DNA of 64,000 nt from Octopus sinensis (GCF_006345805.1 NC_042998.1:6200001-6264000), one strand, 5' to 3'; positions 48,779 through 62,049 are shown, numbered from the stretch's first letter. Numbers and translations are program-made. The notes: generated from the letters alone by a model not told the origin.

Positions 48779-49025
48779 AGTGGAAGCACATGGCTTAGTG
48801 GTTAAAGTGTTGGACTCATGATTGTAAGATTGTGGTTTCAAATCCTGAACCAGGCGTTGCATTGTGTTCTTGAGCAAAACAAAACACTTCATTTCATGTT
48901 GCTCCAGTCAACTCAGCCGGCAAAATTAAGTAATCTTGTGACAGACTGATGTTCCATTTCGGTGGCAGAAGCAGATGCCATGGAAACTGGGAAATCAGCC
49001 CTTATGAGTCGCTATGATTCCAAAA
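48779..49025 (+). mobile_element. SINE family C
   Basis: gtggaagcacatggcttagtggttaaagtgttggactcatg...gtgttcttgagcaaaac...gctccagtc. Confidence 0.8.
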
Positions 49026-49277
49026 GGAAACTTTACTTCACATTTTACACTTTTAAACCAGCTATACGTGGCCAAAATGTTTTACTTGTTTTAAGTTAAA
49101 TCTGACCAGATCCAACCTCTGACACCTACAGTACAATATCATTCTAAAAATATACAATCACATTATTGTAATATTGAAGCTGCAAGATAATACCTGATTA
49201 TATCAAAACAATGTGTAGTTAGTAAGCAATAAACTGGTCAAAGAAATCTAAATGCTAAAGGGTTAATTTAGATCGGA

Positions 49278-49505
49278 TCATCATCATCATTGTTGTTTAA
49301 CATCTGCTTTCCATGCTGGCATGGGTTGGATGGTTTTATTGAGGACTGGCAAGCCAGGTGGCTGCACCAGGCTCCAATCTCATCTGGCAAGGTTTCTACA
49401 GCTGGATGTCTTTCCTAATGCCAACAAATCTGAGAGTGTAAAGAGCACTTTTTACATACCTCCAGCATGGGTGCCAGTCAGGCAGCACTGGCAACAACTA
49501 CCTTC
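49278..49505 (-). mobile_element. RTE LINE 3' UTR fragment, divergent
   Basis: (cat)n...gctggatgtctttcctaatgccaac. Confidence 0.75.
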
Positions 49506-50118
49506 CATGAAAATTTCCTGTTAATATATGTCCCATGCACTGGCTTGATAGTGACAAAGTTATTTTGCTAAATTCTTCATTATTTTACAGAGTATCTGAA
49601 GAGAGGCAGTTTTCTAAACAGGATAAGATGAGAAAAGGGTTACACTATGAGTCTTGCCCTCTTTATGATACTAAGAACTGAATTATTAAATATCTCTGAC
49701 ATCAAGCAAAACCAGCAAGTGCAAATGTACAAATTCATATTGAAGAAATGAGTCAATTGGAGATAAAAAAAAAACCTGAATAAGATATACCCAACCCATC
49801 CAGCACTGGTTGTTTAGTTATATGAATATACCCATATTCATATATGTGTGGCACTGTGTCTGTGCTTGTCACTACCACCACAGCCCTGACACAGCTTGAC
49901 AACTGGTGTTGGTGTTGGTTTGGTTATGTTCCTCGAGATCTAGCAGTCCAACAAAATGGAACAATAGAATAAATAGCAGTCTTAAAGAAACTATAAATTG
50001 AGAGATTGATTAGTTTAACTAAAACCCCTCAAGGTGGCACCCTAGCATGGCTGCAGTTCAATGACTGAAACAAGTAAAGGACAAAAAGGTGCCCCCCAGA
50101 ATTATTCACTGATTTGTT

Positions 50119-53100
50119 ATTTCTCTATTGCCCACAAGGGGCTGAACATAGAGAGGACAAACAAGGACAGACAAAGGGATTAAGTCGATTACATCGACTC
50201 CAGTGCGTAACTGGTACTTAATTTATCGACCCCGACAGGATGAAAGGCAAAGTCGACCTCGGTGGAATTTGAATTCAGAACATAAAGACAGACAAAATAC
50301 CTGTTTCATTACTACCCACAAGGGGCTAAACACAGAGAGGACAAACAAGGACAGATAGACGGATTAAGTCGATTACATCGACCCCAGTGCATAACTAGTA
50401 CTTAATTTATCGACCCCGAAAGGATGAAAGGCAAAGTCGACCTCGGCGGAATTTGAATTCAGAACATAAAGACAGACAAAATACCTGTTTCATTACTACC
50501 CACAAGAGGCTAAACACAGAGAGGACAAACAAGGACAGATAGACGGATTATTCGATTACATCGACCCCGGTGCGTAACTAGTACTTAATTTATGGACCCC
50601 GAAAGGATGAAAGGCAAGTCGACCTCGGCGGAATTTGAATTCAGAACATAAAGACAGACAAAATACCTGTTTCATTACTACCCACAAGGGCTAAACACAG
50701 AGAGAACAAACATGGACAGATAGACGGATTAATCGATTACATCGACCCCAGTGCGTAACTAGTACTTAATTTATCGACCCCAAAAGGAGGAAAGGCAAAG
50801 TCGACCTCGGCGGAATTTGAACTCAGAACATAAAGACAGACAAAATACCTGTTTCATAACTACCCACAAGGGGCTAAACACAGAGAGGACAAACAAGGAC
50901 AGATAGACGGATTAAGTCGATTACATCGACCCCAGTGCGTAACTAGTACTTAATTTATCGACCCCGAAAGGAGGAAGGCAAAGTCGACCTCGGCGGAATT
51001 TGAACTCAGAACATAAAGACAGACAAAATATCTGTTTCATTACTACCCACAAGGGGCTAAACACAGAGAGGACAAACAAGGACAGATAGACGGATTAAGT
51101 CGATTACATCGACCCCAGTGCGTAACTAGTACTTAATTTATCGACCCCGAAAGGAGGAAAGGCAAAGTCGACCTCGGCGGAATTTGAACTCAGAACATAA
51201 GACAGACAAAATACCTGTTTCATTACTACCCACAAGGGGCTAAACACAGAGAGGACAAACAAGGACAGATAGACGGATTAAGTCGATTACATCGACCCCA
51301 GTGCGTAACTAGTACTTAATTTATCGACCCCGAAGGAGGAAAGGCAAAGTCGACCTCGGCGGAATTTGAACTCAGAACATAAAGACAGACAAAATACCTG
51401 TTTCATTACTACCCCCAAGGGGCTAAACACAGAGAGGACAAACAAGGACAGATAGACGGATTAAGTCGATTACATCGACCCCAGTGCGTAACTAGTACTT
51501 AATTTATCGACCCCGAAAGGAGGAAAGGCAAAGTGACCTCGGCGGAATTTGAACTCAGAACATAAAGACAGACAAAATACCTGTTTCATTACTACCCACA
51601 AGGGGCGAAACACAGAGAGGACAAACAAGGACAGATAGACGCGATTAAGTCGATTACATCGACCCCAGTGCGTAACTAGTACTTAATTTATCGACCCCGA
51701 AAGGAGGAAAGGCAAAGTCGACTCTGCGGAATTTGAACTCAGAACATAAAGACAGACAAAATACCTGTTTCATTACTACCCACAAGGGGCTAAACACAGA
51801 AGGACAAACAAGGACAGATAGACGGATTAAGTCGATTACATCGACCCCAGTGCGTAACTATACTTAATTTATCGACCCCGAAAGGAGGAAAGGCAAAGTC
51901 GACCTCGGCGGAATTTGAACTCAGAACATAAAGACAGACAAAATACCTGTTTCATTCTACTACCCACAAGGGGCTAAACACAGAGAGGACAAACAAAGAC
52001 ATATAGATGGATTAAGTCGATTACATCGACCCCAGTGGCGTAATATACTTAATTTATCGACCCCGGAAAGGAGGAAAGGCAAAGTCGACCTCGGCGGAAT
52101 TTGAACTCAGAACATAAAGACAGACAAAATACCTGTTTCATTACTACCCACAAGGGGCTAAACACAGAGAGAGCAAAACAAGGACAGATAGACGGATTAA
52201 GTCGATTACATCGACCCCAGTGCGTAACTAGTACTTAATTATGGACCCCGAAAGGATGAAAGGCAAAGTCGACCTCGGCGGAATTTGAATTCAGAACATA
52301 AAGACAGACCAAATACCTGTTTCATTACTAACCCCACAAGGGGCTAAACACATATAGGACAACAAGGACAGATAGACGGATTAATAAGTCGATTACATCG
52401 ACCCCAGTGCGTAACTAGTACTTAATTTATTTATCCCCCGAAAGGAGGAAAGGCAAAGTCGACCTCGCGGAATTTGAACTCAGAACATAAAGACAGACAA
52501 ATAGCCTGTTTCATTAAACTACCCACAAGGGGCTAAACACAGAGAGGACAACGAGGACAGATAGACGGATTAAGTTGATTACATCGACCCCAGTGCGTAA
52601 CTAGTACTTAATTTATCGACCCCGAAAGGAGGAAGGCAAAGTCACCTCGCGGACTTTTGAATTCAGAACATAAAGACAGACAAAATACCTGTTTCATTAC
52701 TACCCACAAGGGGCTAAACACAGAGAGGACAAACAAGGACAGATAGACGGATTAAGTCGATTACATCGACCCCAGTGCGTAACTAGTACTTAATTTATCG
52801 ACCCCGAAAGGAGAAAGGCAAAGTCGACCTCGGCGGAATTTGAATTCAGAACATAAAGACAGACAAAATACCTGTTTCATTACTACCCACAAGGGGCTAA
52901 CACAGAGAGGACAAACAAGGACAGATAGACGGATTAGTCGATTACATCGACCCCAGTGCGTAACTAGTACTTAATTTATCGACCCCGAAAGGAGGAAAGG
53001 CAAAGTCGACCTCGGCTGAATTTGAATTCAGAACATAAAGACAGACAAAATACCTGTTCATTATCTACCCCCACAAAGGGGCTAAACACAGAGAGGACAA

Positions 53101-53842
53101 ACAAGGACAGATAGACGGATTAAGTCGATTACATCGACCCCAGTGCGTAACTAGTACTTAATTTATCGACCCCGAAAGGAGGAAAGGCAAAGTCGACCTC
53201 GGCGGAATTTGAACTCAGAACATAAAGACAGACAAAATACCTGTTTCATTACTACCCACAAGGGGCTAAACACAGAGAGGACAAACAAGGACAGATAGAC
53301 GGATTAAGTCGATTACATCGACCCCAGTGCGTAACTAGTACTTAATTTATCGACCCCGAAAGGAGGAAAGGCAAAGTCGACCTCGGCGGAATTTGAATTC
53401 AGAACATAAAGACAGACAAAATACCTGTTTCATTACTACCCACAAGGGGCTAAACACAGAGAGGACAAACAAGGACAGATAGACGGATTAAGTCGATTAC
53501 ATCGACCCCAGTGCGTAACTAGTACTTAATTTATCGACCCCGAAAGGAGGAAAGGCAAAGTCGACCTCGGCGGAATTTGAATTCAGAACATAAAGACAGA
53601 CAAAATACCTGTTTCATTACTACCCACAAGGGGCTAAACACAGAGAGGACAAACAAGGACAGATAGACGGATTAAGTCGATTACATCGACCCCAGTGCGT
53701 AACTAGTACTTAATTTATCGACCCCGAAAGGAGGAAAGGCAAAGTCGACCTCGGCGGAATTTGAACTCAGAACATAAAGACAGACAAAATACCACAAAGC
53801 ATTTCACCTGGCGTGATGACATTTCTGCCAGCTCGCCACCTT
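50119..53842 (-). repeat. Tandem array of 20 x about 184-bp SINE-B units inside one SINE insertion
   Basis: Marker gacaaaatac at 50291, 50475, ... 53231, 53415, 53599, 53783; single head at about 53790-53842; flanking duplication aattattcact(g/a)att(t/c)gtt at 50100-50118 and 53843-53861. Confidence 0.95.
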
Positions 53843-54789
53843 AATTATTCACTAATTCGTTTAATCAATTCACAGCGAAATTAAATTTCATGGTCATTCC
53901 AGCAATGAGGCTAAATATATATCCTCCAAAAAAGTAGAACTGCTAAATCACGCTGCCACAAAAAACTTGACATATCTCAATAGAAAACAGTTCCAAACAT
54001 GACATTCATCAACAAAGGATAGATTAGAATATCAAACTGCTTTCCAGAGTAAAGGGTAGTGAAATTTTGAGTGGATATATCTGATTTCTGTAGTAAAAGG
54101 GTTGAATTCACAACGTTCACTTTTCCTTTGATTTTGTTGTAGTTTTCTTTTCATTCTAAATGAAGATAAATTATAAACAGATAATCCAAACCATAAACAG
54201 ATAAGAAACAGACATAAACAGATAAAGCGAACTAAAAGATGAAATATGTCACAGAAGATAGCAGCTATGATGAGTTTTACATAAGTAGTGGCTTGAATGT
54301 TAGATAATGGGGGGGAAAACAGCAAAGCAAAACAATTATACAGGGTGTAATGTAGGTGACAGTCCAAGAAGTAGGATACGTAAGGTAAAAACAGAAGAGA
54401 GAGAGGAGAGGCGAACGAGAGGAGAAGAGAAAAATCTATAACGGCAGAGCAGAGGAATGTAGAACATAGTCTATTATATTTGAGATTAAGTAACAATGGA
54501 ATCTAAACCAACATAGCAGAGCATTAATATGCAACGGTTTGGGAGTCATGTTGTGGATAACCATATGAAGATGAAGAATGAAGTATGTGGACTACAGAAA
54601 TACAGAAATAAATAAAAACAATGATAAAAAAAATGATGATGATAGTAATAGTAATAAATGATGATGATGATGATGACAATAATAAAAGCTACTACAGGGG
54701 GGTTCGTGGCATCTAAGGCTACTTGTTGTAACCTGATGTTAGGATTCTTTCTTTTCCAACAGTCTAATCTGTTGAGAGTGTATGAAAAA

Positions 54790-54795
54790 AAAAAA

Positions 54796-54845
<50 letters not shown>

Positions 54846-54872
54846 TGATGATGATGATGATAATGATGATAA
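54790..54872. repeat. (AAT)n(GAT)n microsatellite
   Basis: Direct reading. Confidence 0.95.
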
Positions 54873-54879
54873 AACTGTT

Positions 54880-55505
54880 TCATATTAGCAGCATAAGATC
54901 AAAGCTTGCTTACCAAAAAGCTACCAGGCTAATATTATTCAAAATGGTTCTGACCCTAAATGCAGATTCTGCAATAAGTTTGATGAAACAATAGACCTTC
55001 TCGTCTCAAGATGTCCTGTGCTGACACCAAATTGATACAAAGATTGCCATTGGAAAATATTTAAACACTACAAAATCAGCACTCCTGCTTACTGGTATGT
55101 ACATCATGCTGACTCAGTCATTAATGGTTAAATTGTCCCTATCCTGTGGGATTTTCCAGTCGACACTGACAGAACAATCCAGGCTAATTTACTAGACATA
55201 GTCATTATAGATGGGGAAGAAAATACTTGTAGACTAATAGATGTAAGTGTTCTCACTGATAAAAAATATATCTGTAAAGGAATTTGATAAATTAAGTAAA
55301 TATACAAACCTGGAAATTGAAATACAAAACATGTGGCATCTTCAAGCAAGAACTGTTTCTGTAAGCGCAGGTGCCCTAGGCGTGATAAGAAAGGGATGTC
55401 AGAAACATCTAGGTAATATTCCAAGGGAACCATGTCTCAGAGAATCCAAAAGATTGTGCAGACAAGTACTGCCCACATACTTAGAAAAATCCTATCAATT
55501 TAAAT
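54880..55505 (+). mobile_element. R4/Dong-like non-LTR retrotransposon 3' fragment (CCHC-like region and restriction-like endonuclease)
   Basis: DPKCRFCNKFDETIDLLVSRCPVL, ILWDFPVDTDRTIQANLLDIVI, LIDVSV, KEFDKLSKY.NLEIEI..MW, GALG, IQKIV.TSTAHILRK; shorter related pieces at about 56090-56190 and 58340-58460. Confidence 0.8.
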
Positions 55506-55657
55506 GTCTGTGTTGTATTACTAGAAAATATTTCGCTACTTCCCCTCCCCAAGCTTTCAGTCATACTGTAACAGCTCTTATCCCTACTCACCCTAGGACA
55601 CTGGGGGTGTCTCAGCAAGTGATTGCAACATACATACAGATTAAAAGTAAACAATAA

Positions 55658-56048
55658 GGTGCAGGAGTGGCTGTGTGGTAAGTAACTTGCTTACCAACCA
55701 CACAGTTCCGGGTTCAGTCCCACTGCGTGGCACCTTGGGCAAGTGTCTTCTACTATAGCCTCGGGGCGACCAAAGCCTTGTCAGTGGACTTAGTAGAGGG
55801 AAACTGAAAGAAGCCCATCGTATATATATGTGTGTGTGTTTATGTGTCTGTGTTCATCTCCCCAACATTGCTTGACAACCGATGCTGGTGTGTTTACATC
55901 CCCGTTACTTAGCAGTTCGGCAACAGAGACCGATAGGATAAGTACTAGGCTTACAAAGAATAAGTCCTGGGGTCGATTTGCTCGACTAAAAGGCGGTGCT
56001 CCAGCATGGCCACAGTCAAATGACTGAAACAAGTAAATGAGTAAAAGA
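55658..56048 (+). mobile_element. SINE family A
   Basis: Complete element. Confidence 0.9.
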
Positions 56049-56214
56049 AAAATGATAATAATAATGATAACAATAACAATAATAATAATATCCCAGGAGA
56101 ACCATGTCTCAGAGAAATCCCAAAGATTGTGCTGACAAGTATTGCCTGCATCCTTAGAAAAACCCAACAAACATGCAGATTAAAAGTAAATAATAATTAT
56201 TATTGTTATTATTA

Positions 56215-56438
56215 TTTCAAATTTTTACCACTAGGGCAGCTTGGGGGAGGTGAGGATGAGTTGATTATATCCCCCACCCTGCATTCAACTGGTACATATC
56301 TTAATGACCTAGAAAGGATGAAAGGCAAAGTTGGCCTCAGCAGAATTTGAACTTAGAACGTAGTGACGGGTGAAATACCGCTAAGTATTTTGCCAAGAGT
56401 ACTAACGAATCTGCCAGCTTGCTGCCTTGATAATTATA

Positions 56439-56472
<34 letters not shown>

Positions 56473-56745
56473 ATCATTATTATTATTGATGATGATGATG
56501 ATGATGACGTCGACGACGACAACAACAAAGGTTTCAAATTTTGCCACAAGGGCAGCCATTTTGGGGGAGAGGACTAATTGATTACATCGACCCCAGTATC
56601 TCACTGCTGCTTATTTTATCGACATCCAAAAGGATGAAAGGCAAAGTCGACCCCAGTGGAATTTGAACTCAGAACATAGCGATGGGAGAAATGCCGCTAA
56701 GCATTTCACCCAGTGTGCTAACAAATCTGCAAGCTCACCACTTTA
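56215..56745 (-). mobile_element. Two SINE-B copies (about 56215-56425 and 56530-56745) separated by (ATT)n/(GAT)n
   Basis: Core ggatgaaaggcaaag..g.cc.cag..gaatttgaact.agaac and head ...ctgc.agct. Confidence 0.75.
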
Positions 56746-57535
56746 CTAATAATAATAGTAATTGATAAGAATAACACGTGGAATGATTTTAAAACATTAG
56801 TATTACATTATAAGATATAGGGACGACGTAAGAGAATTACTCTACAGACAGACCTGTAAATGCTGTAAATGATGATCCGTATGCATACTCTATAAAATAG
56901 TTGGCATTAGGAAAAGCATCCAGTTGTAGGAACCAAGTGAAAACAGATGGCTGGGGCTTGATGCAGCTCTCCACCTCCAGCCAAACCGTCTAACTCATGC
57001 CAGCATGGAGAATGGACATTGAATGATGAAGGTAATAAGTCTATTAACTAGACAAGCCTGAAGCAACATTGATTAGAATATATATGTGTGTACACTTATA
57101 TTTAACATGTTTGTACATATTCGGACATGGAAGGACTTTTGCGGCAGAAACTGTTTGGGGAAAACAATTTTCTTTATGGACCATATATTTTGAAAACACA
57201 ACGATGGTCCTAGGCAAATGTAATCAGACTATACAACACATGCATTTCTTCATCATTGCACTTCATCAGCAACAGACGTCAAATCTGTCCTTTATAGCCC
57301 ACTTAACAACAGCTGTTCTAGTAATTAAGCAACAACTAGTACAATTGTTGATGTGCACACAGCTTAGTCAAGCTGGAATTAATTAACTAGCAGTACTTGA
57401 AGTAGTGTTGATTGAAATACATGAATTTATAATTATATTTAACACGTCCAAATTAAATATAGTCTCTGTAGAGATTGCCTGTGCACACATAAAAATCTGA
57501 GTGCATATGTGTGCATAAGTGTATACATATATATA

Positions 57536-58186
57536 CAAATGGAAGTCAAAAATTATCCACACTTTCACCAAAACATATCTTTATTATAGTCACATTGCCT
57601 TCTGTCCATGCATGCTTATAGTTGGTACCATTGTGGTCGCTTGATAGAAGTTTGAGCATGATCTCGCCCTTCTTCTTTCTGGCTTTACAGTGTAAGCATG
57701 ATCACTCCACTAGCAATGTACACCAAAGAGCAGTGGTCCGAGAGACGGTAACGGTGGCCTACTTCTCCATTATCATCTCTCAAGCTTGCTGAATTTTCTC
57801 ATCGGTGGTAGAGGCTAATGGGTGTCCTGCTCTCTCTTCGTGTGTCACACTTGTCCAGCGACTTTTAAATATCTCGATCCACTCACATGCCCTTTTACGT
57901 GATAGTGCACTGTGTCTGCATTGCAGTAAAAGCCTTTGATGAATTCCAGCACATGACACATCTTCCAAGAAATCGGATCACTGCTCTGTTTTTCTTCAGT
58001 GCACATTACTAGTGGAGCAACCACGCTTACACTGTAAAACCAGAAAGAAAAATGGTGCAATCAGGCTCAAATTTTGATCACGTGACCACAAGAATACCAA
58101 GTATAAGCATGCTTGTACAGAGGGCAGTGTGACAATAATAAAGACATGTTATGCCAAAAGTGCGGATAATTTTTGACTTCCTTGCC
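57536..58186 (-). mobile_element. Mariner derivative whose two ends are about 200-bp inverted copies of the 5' end
   Basis: ggaagtcaaaaattatcc...gagcagtggtccga versus tcggatcactgctc...ggataatttttgacttcc; internal transposase N-terminus CEWIEIFKSRWTSVTHEERAGHPLASTTDEKI. Confidence 0.8.
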
Positions 58187-58504
58187 ACGTGGAAAGCACT
58201 AACCGAATGTGATCAATGCCAGCGCCCCCTAACGGGCTCCTGTGCCGGTGGCATGTAAAAGGCACTATCTGGATGTGATCGATGGGAATTGGAAAAAAAA
58301 ATTAAATAAAGACATGAACCAGTCCCTGTAATAATAGATTCCCAAGGAATGATTAAAAAGGATCAAGATGATTACATAACAAAAAGTGAAATATGGACAC
58401 ATGAGGAGAAAATAGCTCTATTAGGCACCGCATGCATATTATATAGAGCACTCTCAATGCACATGGTCAGCAAATTTGAGGCGAGGCAGCTAGTCCATTT
58501 CATT

Positions 58505-58905
58505 GACTCCAGTAAATGACTGGTACTATATTTTACCGACCACTAAAGGATGAAAGGCTAATTCAACCTCAGCAGAATTTGAACCCAGAATGTAAAGAGC
58601 TGAAAGAAACGCTGCTGTTGCTAATAATGATAATGACAATAGTGGCAGTACTAGCAGAAGCAAACACACCGGACACGGCTTCATTCGATTTTTGCAAAAC
58701 ACCGAAAATAATAAAGACAACAATAACGACAATAATATTCCCTTCTATTATAAGCACAAGGCCTGATAATTTGGAGGAGGAAAAGAGTCGATTGCATTGA
58801 CCCCCATTATACAACTGGTACTTATTTACTCGATCTGAAAAGAATGAAAGGCTAAAATTGACATCAGTGAAATTCGAACTCAGAACGTAAAGATTGACAA
58901 AACGC
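58505..58905 (-). mobile_element. Two old SINE-B fragments (about 58505-58620 and 58760-58905)
   Basis: Family-B core matches. Confidence 0.65.
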
Positions 58906-59380
58906 TGTAACAACAACAACAATAATAATTATAGCAATAAGAATGGAGCACCAAACACACTGGAGTCACATATTCACTCAATTTTTGTAAAAATATACAA
59001 AATAATACCAACAACGATGATGATGTTAATGATAAGAAGAAGAACAATAAAAATAATAACGGTAACAACAACAATAATAGTAATAAATAAATGGAATAGA
59101 ATAGAATGGGATAAGATTACAGAATAGTGTCTTTGCAGAGAAATCTGAACAGGCAAGAGTGAAAAAAAAAATGTTTCAATGATAACGGTAATGAAAGATG
59201 GAAGGAATAAAAGAAAAGCGATGAAGTTTGATAGGCATAAAACTGTTGAAGTGCCAAAAGATATTGAAGATTTCCTGACTGAATGCTAAACAAAAGTGAC
59301 AGGATGTAAAAGGAGGTGGGGGGCGGAAAGCAAGGATCTTAATAATCACTAGAAATCAGTAAGAACATTGAGGCTGTCAC

Positions 59381-59430
59381 CGAATGTCTTTTGCAAAAAG
59401 CCAATCCCCAATTGGTTCCAGCAATCTCCA
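59381..59430 (-). other. Candidate 50-nt exon (WRLLEPIGDWLFAKDI)
   Basis: ctcttattgtttcag acceptor; weak donor gtgaca. Confidence 0.2.
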
Positions 59431-59885
59431 CTGAAACAATAAGAGACATTTTTGATTAGTAATGGTTAATTAAGTATTAAGAAATCCAAAGTGATATTGG
59501 GAATATATGCACACACACACAGACAGACAGGCACACACACACACACACACACACACACAAGCACACACATAAGCACACGTGTATATGACTTCTGGCATTA
59601 ATGATAGTGCGATGATTTCATGTAAGCAGGAATAATAAAGAATGCAGGAGTGACTACAGGTAATGCATAGAAGTATTGTACTAAATATTTCTGAGCTGCT
59701 TTGTGGTCGCAGTCATGGTGTCTATATTTGGGTAATTTATAACAGGCCACAAAGACATCTTTACCAGAGATTCCTTTGTTAATTTTCCTGTCCTATTATG
59801 AACCATCCAATCAACTTCTTTTCCACCGTATTCCTAAGATGGTTCTGAGAGTATGAGTCTTCAGGCACCTTCTCCACAAGCTTCT

Positions 59886-60552
59886 TATTTCTTTATTGCC
59901 CACAAGGGGCTAAACATAGAAGGGACAAACGAGGACAGACAAAGGGATTAAGTCAATTGCATCGACCCCAGTGTGTAACTGGTACTTAATTTATCGACTT
60001 AGGATGAAAGGCAAAGGCGACCTCGGCATAATATGAATTCAGAACGTAACAGCAGACAAAATACTGCAGAGCATTTCGCCCGGCATGCTAACATTTCTTA
60101 TTTCTTTACTGCCCACAATGGGTTACACACAGAGGGGACAAACAAGAACAGACAAACGGATTAAGTTGTTTTTATGTCGACCCTAGTGCGTAACTGGTAC
60201 TTAATTTATCGACCCCAAAAGGATGAAAGGCAAAGTTGACCTTGGCGGAATTTGAACTCCGAACGTAACAGCAGACAAAATACTGCAGAGCATTTCGCCC
60301 GGCATGCTAACGTTTCTTATTTCTTTACTGCCCACAAAGGGTTACACACAGAGGGGACAAACAAGGACAGACGAACGGATTAAGTTGTTTTTATGTCGAC
60401 CCCAGTACGTAACTGGTACTTAATTTATCGACCCCAAAAGGATGAAAGGCAAAGTTGACCTTGGCGGAATTTGAACTCAGAACGTAACAGCAGACGAAAT
60501 ACTGCTAAGCATTTCTCCCAGCATGCTAACGTTTCTGCCAGCTCATCACCTT
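59886..60552 (-). mobile_element. SINE family B trimer, 219-bp period
   Basis: agcagac at 60051, 60270 and 60489; probable TSD ca(c/t)aagcttct (59875-59885 and 60556-60566). Confidence 0.9.
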
Positions 60553-60862
60553 CCTCATAAGCTTCTACCAGAAGTAGCCATCATTACATTTTCCATTTGG
60601 ATTCTTAAACGAAACCAACTGAGATAATACAATGGATATATCCAACTATCTTGTTCTTGGTCTATACCAGTGGTTCTCAACTGGGACCCATATGGTTCCT
60701 GGGGATCCATATAAGATTTTTTGGAGTCCACACAACAAAGTAACAAATTGAGAATCCACAACAGCATTTTAAGGGCCCCTGAAAAATTTTGCTTTAGACG
60801 TATGTATTGCAAGAATCAGTTAGGTTTCTTTCTGTAACATTTTATGGAAAAAGTATCTATGA

Positions 60863-61296
60863 GGCGCAGGAGTGGCTGTGTGGTAAGTAGCTTGCTATCC
60901 AACCACATGGTTCCGGGTTCAGTCCCACTGCGTGGCATCTTGGGCAAGTGTCTTCTGCTATAGCCCCGGGCCGACCAATGTCTTGTGAGTGGATTTGGTA
61001 GACGGAAACAGAAAGAAGCCTGTTGTATATATGTATATATATATATATATATATATGTATGCGTGTGTGTGTGTGTTTGTGTGTCTGTGTATGTCCCCCT
61101 AGCATTGCTTGACAACCGATGCTGGTGTGTTTATGTCCCCATCACTTAGCGGTTCAGCAAAAGAGACCGATAGAATAAGTACTAGGCTTACAAAGAATAA
61201 GTCCCGGGGTCGATTTGCTCGACTAAAAGGCGGTGCTCCAGCATGGCCACAGTCAAATGACTGAAACAAGTAGAAAAGTAAAAGAGTAAAGAGAGT
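60863..61296 (+). mobile_element. SINE family A, full length
   Basis: Complete element. Confidence 0.9.
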
Positions 61297-61589
61297 ATGA
61301 ATCTACCCTTTTAAACATCAAATGGCAATGGGGGTTCACCAGAATAAAAATAGTAAACAAAGCGGGGGTTCATAGATAAAAATGGCTGAAAACCTCAGGT
61401 CTATACCCAGGTTTCCTACAGGTTGGCTTGGTTTGAAGAATCAGTCTTGTGTTTCTTTCCTGTGACATTTCAATCACAGGTCCGTAGAACTAGTGCTGTG
61501 ACCCCTCAATGCAGAAAAGTAGTAACTCAAACTGGATAGACACCCTGATCACCAAGTTGCATACCCTGTCAAATAATGTTACTCTAGAG

Positions 61590-62003
61590 CATGGGTTCTC
61601 AAAGTGGGTGCTCCCCCTGCCCCCGTAGGATTTGAGACGGTCCAGATGGACATTGGTGCCTGAGGGGGGCAGTGGTGGGGGTAGAGAAAAAGGAGAAGTT
61701 GGGAGGAAGGCAGTGAATTGGGGGTGAAGGCAGTGAATTGGGGGTACGCTATGAATTTATCAACCCATGCTAGCATGGAAAACGGACGCTAAACAATGAT
61801 GATGATGATGATGATGATGATGATTATTATACTATTTTAATATTATTATACTATTTTATACAAATTATATATTATTTTAAATATAAATGATTCATAGTAT
61901 ATATAAATTAGTAAATATAAAATATTTATTTATACATAAAAAATGGGGCACCAAGGGGATATGATGTGTCCATGAAGGGGGGGGGAAAGGTTGAGAACCT
62001 CTG
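61590..62003. mobile_element. hAT (Charlie-like) MITE containing an RTE tail
   Basis: 8-bp TSD ctctagag on both sides; termini catgggttctcaa and ttgagaacctctg; RTE tail at about 61760-61825. Confidence 0.85.
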
Positions 62004-62049
62004 CTCTAGAGATTTTTGAAAAGAAACCCTTTTTGGTTACTTGTAGTCG

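Noticed and set aside
50119-53842. CRISPR-like array or hammerhead retrozyme
   Set aside because: Units are whole repeats with no unique spacers and no cas genes; there is no CUGANGA core on either strand; the unit is SINE-B sequence.
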